Of a DNA stretch of 8,584 nucleotides, positions 1 through 6,003 are shown in pieces. Within the stretch, counting starts at the first letter, position 1, and every line of letters begins with the position of its first letter. The translations under genes were made by a program, and so were the position numbers. This DNA comes from an uncultured archaeon. Lineage in GTDB: Archaea > Iainarchaeota > Iainarchaeia > Iainarchaeales > CSSED10-239. The stretch is from assembly GCA_964496765.1 (NCBI GenBank), contig CAZCAP010000016.1, forward strand, positions 1 through 8,584, in the 5' to 3' direction. The notes below the pieces were generated by a model. The model saw nothing but the letters and a program-made list of their open reading frames with translations. It made no database searches and had not been told where the DNA came from.

Positions 1-648
1 GCTTTTTATCCATTGTTATCAAAGAATGTAAATTCGAAGAATTTAGATAATATATTGAATAAATTTTCAAAAATTGTTATTTTATTCACACTCCCAATAT
101 TTTTCGGTTCAATTTATCTTGCAAAAAATATAATTAATTTAATATTTGGATATCAATATCTCCCTGGATTAATTGCATTTCAAGTTATCATGGGTTATTT
201 CTTATTTTCCTCGATAAATATTGTTTTCCATCATCTTTTAACTATCTATGATTTTCAAAAATATCAACTTAAGATTATATTCTTTGCATTGTTAATCAAT
301 GTGATATTAAATTTATTTATGATCCCTATTTTTGGAATAATTGGAGCAGCAATTTCAACAGTTGTTTGTGAGTTGTTTATCTTAATTTGTATTTATAGGT
401 TTACAAGAAAACACTGTATTAAATTTAGTTTCTGGAATAAATTTGCGATTCCATTAATATCTTCTATATTAATGATAGTGGTATTATATGTTATTGACCT
501 TCTAGGGGGAATACACATTCTCCCACATAATCTAGATGTTCTAATTTATTGTATAATCGGAGCAATTTCCTATGGGATATTTATTTTATTATTTAGATAT
601 ATAACTAAAAAAGAAATAACTTTAATCTTGAGTTCTTTTAAAAAATAA
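1..648 (+). CDS. C-terminal part of a Wzx/MOP-superfamily polysaccharide (lipid-linked oligosaccharide) flippase; 5' end lies outside the window
   Basis: Frame 1 is open from base 1 (AFYPLLSKN...), so the TTG at 13 in the ORF track is probably not the real start. The translation is almost entirely hydrophobic helices separated by short loops, about 6 predicted TM segments (e.g. IVILFTLPIFFGSIYLA, LIAFQVIMGYFLFSSINIVF, FGIIGAAISTVVCELFILICIY, IPLISSILMIVVLYVI, LIYCIIGAISYGIFILLF). This fits the C-terminal half of polysaccharide biosynthesis (Wzx/AglR-like) transporters. It sits in a glycosyltransferase cluster. Stop TAA at 646-648. Confidence 0.65.
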   Translation, partial: AFYPLLSKNVNSKNLDNILNKFSKIVILFTLPIFFGSIYLAKNIINLIFGYQYLPGLIAFQVIMGYFLFSSINIVFHHLLTIYDFQKYQLKIIFFALLINVILNLFMIPIFGIIGAAISTVVCELFILICIYRFTRKHCIKFSFWNKFAIPLISSILMIVVLYVIDLLGGIHILPHNLDVLIYCIIGAISYGIFILLFRYITKKEITLILSSFKK

Positions 649-658
649 ATAATAGAGC

Positions 659-1525
659 CTATTTAGTAGATTCTACTCTTTTCCATATTTCTTTCTGAGA
701 TTTCTTCTTGATATTAACATCTCTATAGATTACAAACCATAGATATAATCTAGCAAAAAACAAAAGTGCCATCCAAAAGAATTCTTTGATACTTGTAATA
801 TATTTTAATATTTTAAATGCACCAGTACTTTCTGATTTAAATGATCTTACTTCAAAATTAGTTAATTTCTTTATTTGATTGTATCCGCCTGCACTTCTTT
901 TCTTTTGAATAATCCAATCATTAAAATTATCTGGATATTTAACATAAACCTTTGCTTTTTGAGCATATTTAATTATTTTCTTTTTCTCATAAACCTTAAA
1001 TGAAATATATCCATCTTCTGATAATAGCTCTGTTGGTAATTTTGGGAATATATGTTTTCTAATTGCAAATAAATATCCTGTACAAAAAAACTTTCCAAAG
1101 GAATTAAGTTTCTCAACCCTCATATCATTTGCTATGTTCGTTAAAGTGTATGCCCAATATCCATATATTGTATTCCTTGGATTAGTTGATATAACATTAC
1201 CAGATACTGCTCCCACAAGTGGATCAGAAAAGGGTTTAATTAACTCTGAGATTGCTTTTGGATCAATATATACATCCCCATCTGTTAAAATTAAGATATC
1301 TCCTTTGGTTTTTGGAACCACCAGATTAAGAGCAGCGGATTTTCCATTTCCTTCATCTTTAACAGTAATTACTTTTTTATGTTTTCTAGCAGCATTAAGT
1401 GTTTCATCATCAGGTGCAACAACAAGTAATTCAAGATTAGAAATATTTTGGTTAAGTACTGCAGTAATTGCTTTCCCAATAGTTTTTGGTTCCTTATAAG
1501 AAGTAATAATTACACTTATTTTCAT
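659..1525 (-). CDS. Family 2 glycosyltransferase (GT-A fold, Glyco_tranf_2_3-like) with one C-terminal TM helix
   Basis: N-terminus MKISVIITSYKEPKTIGKAITAVLNQ is a classic GT2 start. It has the DxD motif LTDGD (nt 1274-1285), an SED motif (LLSEDGY) and QKKRSAGG (nt 884-907), which aligns to the QxxRWaxG motif of this GT2 subgroup. C-terminal hydrophobic helix FFWMALLFFARLYLWFVIY. The ORF track extends to 1546 (MCIYEIY-), but the ATG at 1525 starts the conserved domain and leaves room for a promoter. Stop TAG at 659-661. Confidence 0.85.
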   Translation of the reverse strand: MKISVIITSYKEPKTIGKAITAVLNQNISNLELLVVAPDDETLNAARKHKKVITVKDEGNGKSAALNLVVPKTKGDILILTDGDVYIDPKAISELIKPFSDPLVGAVSGNVISTNPRNTIYGYWAYTLTNIANDMRVEKLNSFGKFFCTGYLFAIRKHIFPKLPTELLSEDGYISFKVYEKKKIIKYAQKAKVYVKYPDNFNDWIIQKKRSAGGYNQIKKLTNFEVRSFKSESTGAFKILKYITSIKEFFWMALLFFARLYLWFVIYRDVNIKKKSQKEIWKRVESTK

Positions 1526-1584
1526 ATATATTTCATATATACACACAAATATAAATATTTTGTTAGTTAAGTAATATGATTATT
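1526..1584. promoter_or_regulatory. Divergent promoter region with a central near-palindromic TATA-like element (aaatataaatattt, 1547-1560)
   Basis: This is the only non-coding gap between the divergent GT2 (ATG 1525, minus) and GT4 (ATG 1585, plus) genes. The AT element is centred at ~1554, 24-25 nt from each of those ATGs. That is the geometry expected for archaeal TATA boxes driving leaderless or near-leaderless mRNAs. No Shine-Dalgarno motif on either side. Confidence 0.4.
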
Positions 1585-2670
1585 ATGAAGATTGCACTTG
1601 TTGTTCCTTATTTTTCTGGGTTTGGTTCAAATGAATCAGAAATTGCAGAAGAGTTTATGAGGAAAGGACACAGGGTAACTGTTTTTACTACAAATATCAG
1701 ATCTGGTTCTAGATTAAAAAATATAAGTTATTCATTAAACAAAAACTTTGATATAAAATATGTAAAAGTATTATACAATTTTATGGGCTGGCCATATACG
1801 ATTGATTTTTCAGAAAAATTAAAGGATTTTGATTTAATTTTAGCAGAAGAAGATTATCAATATATGTCATATATTGCATATCTTGCTGCAAAAAAATATA
1901 ATATTAAGATAATCGTATCAAACGAAAGATATTATGTCCCAAAATTCCCAAAATCTCTATTTTTAAAAACAATTGAAGCAATATACACCTCCAAAATAAG
2001 AAGCTACGTTCCATTTATTACTGTTCATGCAAATAGTGCAAAAAAATATTTAAGATCTATTGGATTTAAGAAAAATATACCTGTAATATTTACTGCAATC
2101 AATTTAAGTAAGCTTAAAATTAAGAAATCAAATATAATCCAAGATAAATATAATTTAAACAAGAAAGATATTGTTGTTTTTACAATAGGAAGATTAGTTG
2201 AATTTAAGAATTATTTAAAATTAATAGAAGCGTTTAGTAAACTACCTAAAAACTATAAACTAATTATAGTTGGAAAAGGGGAACTTGAACAGGAATTTAG
2301 AAAATACATCACAAACAATAACATAAGCAATGTAATTTTAGAAACCACCTTCCTAGAACCGAGAATAATACAACAATATATGAATTCAAGTGATATTTAT
2401 ATTCAACCAAGTCTTATAGAGCCTTTTGGAATTGCGGTAAGAGAAGCTATGGCATTAGGTAAGCCAATAATTGTAACAAAAGAAGGTGGGATGATAGAAG
2501 CAATAGATGGGAATGGATCTTTTACCTCCAAGAACCTAGATAACTTAAAAGAAAAGATAGATGATTGCTATACTAATAAAACAAAATACAGTAGGAAATC
2601 AATAGAACTAGCAAAAATGTATGATGTATCAAAAATATGTGATCAATATTTAAAATTAATTAAGAATTAA
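1576..2670 (+). CDS. Family 4 glycosyltransferase (GT-B fold, GT1/GT4 retaining type)
   Basis: N-terminus MKIALVVPYFSGFGSNESEIAEEFMRKGHRVTVFT is a typical GT4 N-domain. The C-domain carries the E-x7-E region SLIEPFGIAVREAMALGKPIIVTKEGG. 364 aa is a typical length. The true start may be the ATG at 1585 (MKIALVV) rather than 1576 (MIIMKIALVV). Stop TAA at 2668-2670. Confidence 0.85.
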   Translation: MIIMKIALVVPYFSGFGSNESEIAEEFMRKGHRVTVFTTNIRSGSRLKNISYSLNKNFDIKYVKVLYNFMGWPYTIDFSEKLKDFDLILAEEDYQYMSYIAYLAAKKYNIKIIVSNERYYVPKFPKSLFLKTIEAIYTSKIRSYVPFITVHANSAKKYLRSIGFKKNIPVIFTAINLSKLKIKKSNIIQDKYNLNKKDIVVFTIGRLVEFKNYLKLIEAFSKLPKNYKLIIVGKGELEQEFRKYITNNNISNVILETTFLEPRIIQQYMNSSDIYIQPSLIEPFGIAVREAMALGKPIIVTKEGGMIEAIDGNGSFTSKNLDNLKEKIDDCYTNKTKYSRKSIELAKMYDVSKICDQYLKLIKN

Positions 2671-3629
2671 ATAAACCTTCTTTTAAATTTTAAAACTGCT
2701 TGTATTATTTTTTTTGGCATATGGCTAATTAAACAGTAAATAACCACTCTATCTTTATATCCAAATAATTTGAAATATTTCTTAGAATATTTAATTACAT
2801 TCTTATAATCTTGTTTATGAAAATTATAGAATATTTCACTTGCAATTACATCTTTATCATTAGAGGTTTCTGCATTTAATTTAAATATTTCATCAGGGTT
2901 AAATTTGTTATAACTATCTTTCCCAATTTTTATTTTTTCTTTATAAAATTGTGCTGCTTTTTTTGCAAATAACAACTGTTTGTTTCTTTTTTCCATAGAT
3001 GTTTGAGTATTGTGAACTCTATAATGAAATAATATATCTTTAATATTAGTTAATTTTTCCCCATCAGCAAGTAATTGTAAGAAAAAATCCACATCCTGAG
3101 CATAAAATATTTTTTCACGATATCTTATTTTAGTTTTATTCCTAAACATTATACTTGGATGGCATATTCTGTTAGTACCATTAATCATATCTTTTTTTAT
3201 TTTATTAATGTTAGTAATTGTTTTAATCCTAGTTATTATCTTATTGTTTTCATCTATGTAATAATTCCCTGTTCCTACTAAAAACACATCTTTGTGTTTT
3301 TCTAAATAATTTATTTGATCTTCAAATCTGGTGGGCAAAGAAATATCATCATGATCCATCATTGCAATATATTTACCATTTGCAGCATCTAATCCTTTAT
3401 TTGATGCAAGAGAAATTCCTAAGTTTATTGAATTATTAATTATTTTTATTCTTTTATCTTTTTTTTGATATTCTTTAATGGTTTTAAGTGTATTATCTTT
3501 AGATGCATCATTAATTATTATAAATTCAAAATTAGAATATGTTTGATTAAGAATACTTTCTATAGTTTGATGAATTAATTTCCCAGAATTATATACCGGC
3601 ATTACAACACTAATTATTGGTTTTCTCAT
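2667..3629 (-). CDS. Family 2 glycosyltransferase (GT-A fold)
   Basis: IISVVMPVYNSGKLIHQTIESILNQTYSNFEFIIINDASKDNT is a textbook GT2 N-terminal signature. DxD-type motif in YIAMMDHDDISLPTRFEDQ. 320 aa, ATG at 3627-3629, stop TAA at 2667-2669. Confidence 0.9.
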   Translation of the reverse strand: MRKPIISVVMPVYNSGKLIHQTIESILNQTYSNFEFIIINDASKDNTLKTIKEYQKKDKRIKIINNSINLGISLASNKGLDAANGKYIAMMDHDDISLPTRFEDQINYLEKHKDVFLVGTGNYYIDENNKIITRIKTITNINKIKKDMINGTNRICHPSIMFRNKTKIRYREKIFYAQDVDFFLQLLADGEKLTNIKDILFHYRVHNTQTSMEKRNKQLLFAKKAAQFYKEKIKIGKDSYNKFNPDEIFKLNAETSNDKDVIASEIFYNFHKQDYKNVIKYSKKYFKLFGYKDRVVIYCLISHMPKKIIQAVLKFKRRFI

Positions 3630-3633
3630 ATTG

Positions 3634-4149
3634 TCACTTTTCTACTTTTAATTCAAATTCTAAAAACATTGGAGGAATGATTCCTGGTAAAAATATAGTA
3701 TGTACCTTTTTCATAAATTTACAACTATTAAATAACCATTGGAACAAAATAAGATATTTATTAAATTTTATTTTTTTTTGGATTATTTTAAATCTAGCTT
3801 TTGAATAATAATTCAATTTACTCTCGTTAGTGAAATAATCTAAAGTCATATATGTGTAAAATTGTTTATGTGTGGGATCACAAAATGCCCAAACGCTTGG
3901 GGTGTAGGGAACAATTATCTTTATGGTTGCATTATCTTTTGATATTCTCCATATTTCTTCAATAGGTTTAATTATTGAATCAAGATGTTCCATTACATTA
4001 TCTGCATAAATTTCATCAAAATAGTTTTCCTTAAATGGCCATGAGAATTTATTCAAATCATGAACAATATCAACTCCTTTTAATTTGACTGAATCTAAGT
4101 TTAGGTACCCTTTCATAATTTTATTTCCTGAACCAATATTTAATTTCAT
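3634..4149 (-). CDS. Small class I SAM-dependent methyltransferase (Methyltransf_11-like)
   Basis: MKLNIGSGNKIMKGYLNLD has the glycine-rich motif I in the form common to this compact subfamily. It is followed by DIVHDLNKFSWPFKENYFDEIYADNVMEHL (post-I and motif II), ATIKIIVPY (motif III) and AFCDPTHKQFYT. The start overlaps the upstream stop as ATGA (4146-4149). Confidence 0.8.
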   Translation of the reverse strand: MKLNIGSGNKIMKGYLNLDSVKLKGVDIVHDLNKFSWPFKENYFDEIYADNVMEHLDSIIKPIEEIWRISKDNATIKIIVPYTPSVWAFCDPTHKQFYTYMTLDYFTNESKLNYYSKARFKIIQKKIKFNKYLILFQWLFNSCKFMKKVHTIFLPGIIPPMFLEFELKVEK

Positions 4150-5105
4150 TTTAAATCCCTACTTATTTTTATTTTTTTATAATTTATAATTGCTAAATAT
4201 ACTGATTGTATCCAATAAATAAAACGTATATAAAAAGTTTTATGAAAATACATATTTGTTAATGTTTTATTTTTATATGGTTCTTTTCTAGTTACAAATA
4301 CTCTAACTAGTTGTTTAAATATCATTTTTAATTTATTTTTATCATATCTTAATGAAAAGACTATCATCCCATAAGCCTGATGTTTATAAATAAAATCTTT
4401 TTTGGATGATTTATATGAAAAACTACCTATATGAACTGATTTTGAAAAACCATTATATATTATTTTATATCCTTTTTTTCCTACTCTTAAACAATAATCT
4501 ATATCATCCGGTCCAAAAAAGAAATTTTCATCAAGGCCACCAACTTTTTTAATTAATTCTGTTTTTAATAACATATTGGCGCCTTGAACTGCTTTCGTTT
4601 CTCTAATAAAATTAAATTGACCATTATCTTTTAGATTAAAATCTTTTGGATTTCGTTCTAAAAATAACATTTGTAGTCTCCCATCAGGGAAAACAAGTTT
4701 GTTACCGCAGACTCCATAACTTTCATTTTTATTTAGTGAGTTAACCATTAACTCTAACCAATCTGGTTGAATTGTAATTATATCATTATTCATATCACAA
4801 ATATAATCTGGATTATATTTCTTTAAAATGTAATTCCATAATAGATTCATCCCTTTTGTATATCCTAAATTAGCATTAGATTTTATTAAATCTATATTTT
4901 TTATTTTTTTTAATTCCCAATAACTATCATCTGTAGATCCATTATCTAAAAGAATTACCTTATAATTAGAATACTTTGTTATTTTCAATAATGAAAAAAT
5001 ACATTTTTTGGTTGTGTTTAATGCATTATAATTTAATATTGCTACACATACTTTTTTTTGAGCATTCATATAATTCATATTTATATTTTTTTTGATTAAA
5101 CCCAA
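4146..5105 (-). CDS. Family 2 glycosyltransferase (WbbL/RfbF rhamnosyltransferase-like subgroup)
   Basis: VCVAILNYNALNTTKKCIFSLLKITKYSNYKVILLDNGSTDDS and GANMLLKTELIKKVGGLDENFFFGPDDIDYCLRVGKKGYKIIY match the NYN...DNGSxD and (E/D)DxDxCxR pattern of this GT2 subgroup. The track start at 5105 is a TTG. In-frame ATGs at 5078 (MNYMNAQKK) and 5069 (MNAQKK) are equally or more plausible. Stop TGA at 4146-4148. Confidence 0.8.
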   Translation of the reverse strand: MGLIKKNINMNYMNAQKKVCVAILNYNALNTTKKCIFSLLKITKYSNYKVILLDNGSTDDSYWELKKIKNIDLIKSNANLGYTKGMNLLWNYILKKYNPDYICDMNNDIITIQPDWLELMVNSLNKNESYGVCGNKLVFPDGRLQMLFLERNPKDFNLKDNGQFNFIRETKAVQGANMLLKTELIKKVGGLDENFFFGPDDIDYCLRVGKKGYKIIYNGFSKSVHIGSFSYKSSKKDFIYKHQAYGMIVFSLRYDKNKLKMIFKQLVRVFVTRKEPYKNKTLTNMYFHKTFYIRFIYWIQSVYLAIINYKKIKISRDLK

Positions 5106-5120
5106 CTAAGAGACTATATT

Positions 5121-5984
5121 TTATCTCCAAGCATAGGTTATCTTATGCTCGCCTGTTTTTGTTATTGTTTTATATCCCTGCTCTTCTAGGTTCTTTTCTA
5201 CTACTTCTCTTGTGTCTGAACCATAGTCTTTCCTATAGTGATAGGTTGCTATTGCAATGCTTGGTTTTTGGCTAATGTTCTTTAAATCTTGGGTTATCTC
5301 TATCTCGCTTCCCTCTGCATCCATCTTTATGAAATCTACCTTGTTTATGTGATTGGTTTTAATAAATTCTGAAAGAGTGGTTGCTGGAACAGAGATAATT
5401 GAATTTTTTGTGTTGGTTCTAAAGCTTCTTGCAACAATTCTAGAACCAGCTTTCTTCTTAAAAAATCTAAATTGGCCTGATCTATTGTATATTGCCTTGT
5501 TAATTGGAATTATGTTTCTTATATTATTTTCCTGTAGATTTTCTTTTAATATCCTAAAGCTATCTGGATTTGGCTCGAAACAATAGATTTTCCCTCTTGG
5601 GCCTACCTGCTTTGAGATTGCTATTGAATAAAGTCCATGATACCCACCAATATCTATGATTACATCCCCTTCTTTGATATTATAGTGCTTGTTGTATGCT
5701 TCAATTGAGTGATTAATATCATAAACCATCTTGATATCTGTTTTTACTATGTATTCTTTAAAATGGATTAGAAAGTTTGTGGTTGTGTCTATATCTGTGC
5801 CTACTGATTTCTTGAATATTTCTTTAAAGACTCCTGTTCCAAGCTTGATCTTTTTAAAATCAGTTTTTATGGTTTTGTTTTTCTTTGAAATATAGATCTG
5901 GTTATTCTTATCAACCTTTAGTTTTATTCCATTTATAAAAAAGCAAATCCTTTTCCAAAAAGATAAAGAAAATTTAGTTTCCAT
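5121..5984 (-). CDS. FkbM-family SAM-dependent methyltransferase (Methyltransf_21) with an N-terminal extension of about 100 aa
   Basis: GDVIIDIGGYHGLYSIAISKQVGPRGKIYCFEPNPDSFRILKENL (SAM-binding motif plus FEP) and VDFIKMDAEGSEIEI are the two hallmark FkbM-family blocks. ATG at 5982-5984, stop TAA at 5121-5123. Confidence 0.85.
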   Translation of the reverse strand: METKFSLSFWKRICFFINGIKLKVDKNNQIYISKKNKTIKTDFKKIKLGTGVFKEIFKKSVGTDIDTTTNFLIHFKEYIVKTDIKMVYDINHSIEAYNKHYNIKEGDVIIDIGGYHGLYSIAISKQVGPRGKIYCFEPNPDSFRILKENLQENNIRNIIPINKAIYNRSGQFRFFKKKAGSRIVARSFRTNTKNSIISVPATTLSEFIKTNHINKVDFIKMDAEGSEIEITQDLKNISQKPSIAIATYHYRKDYGSDTREVVEKNLEEQGYKTITKTGEHKITYAWR

Positions 5985-6003
5985 AATTATTTTAATTTAT
6001 TTT

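Noticed and set aside
13-15. TTG at 13 as the start of the first ORF (and TTG at 5103-5105 as the start of the GT2)
   Set aside because: Frame 1 is open from base 1 and the protein is clearly only the C-terminal half of a 12-14 TM flippase, so 13 is an artefact of the window edge. For the GT2, in-frame ATGs at 5078 and 5069 are available. The TTG start is kept only as the maximal ORF boundary.
1134-1499. 121-aa plus-strand ORF inside the GT2 gene
   Set aside because: It lies entirely antisense to a well-supported GT2 coding region (DxD and N-terminal motifs on the minus strand). Its translation is low-complexity with no recognisable motif. This is a typical shadow ORF in AT-rich DNA.
3617-3808. 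63-aa plus-strand ORF spanning the GT2/methyltransferase junction
   Set aside because: It is antisense to two motif-supported minus-strand genes, its hydrophobic and odd composition comes from poly-T/A tracts, and it has no start context.
5353-5586. 77-aa plus-strand ORF inside the FkbM methyltransferase gene
   Set aside because: It is antisense to the region encoding the FkbM hallmark motifs, so it is a shadow ORF.
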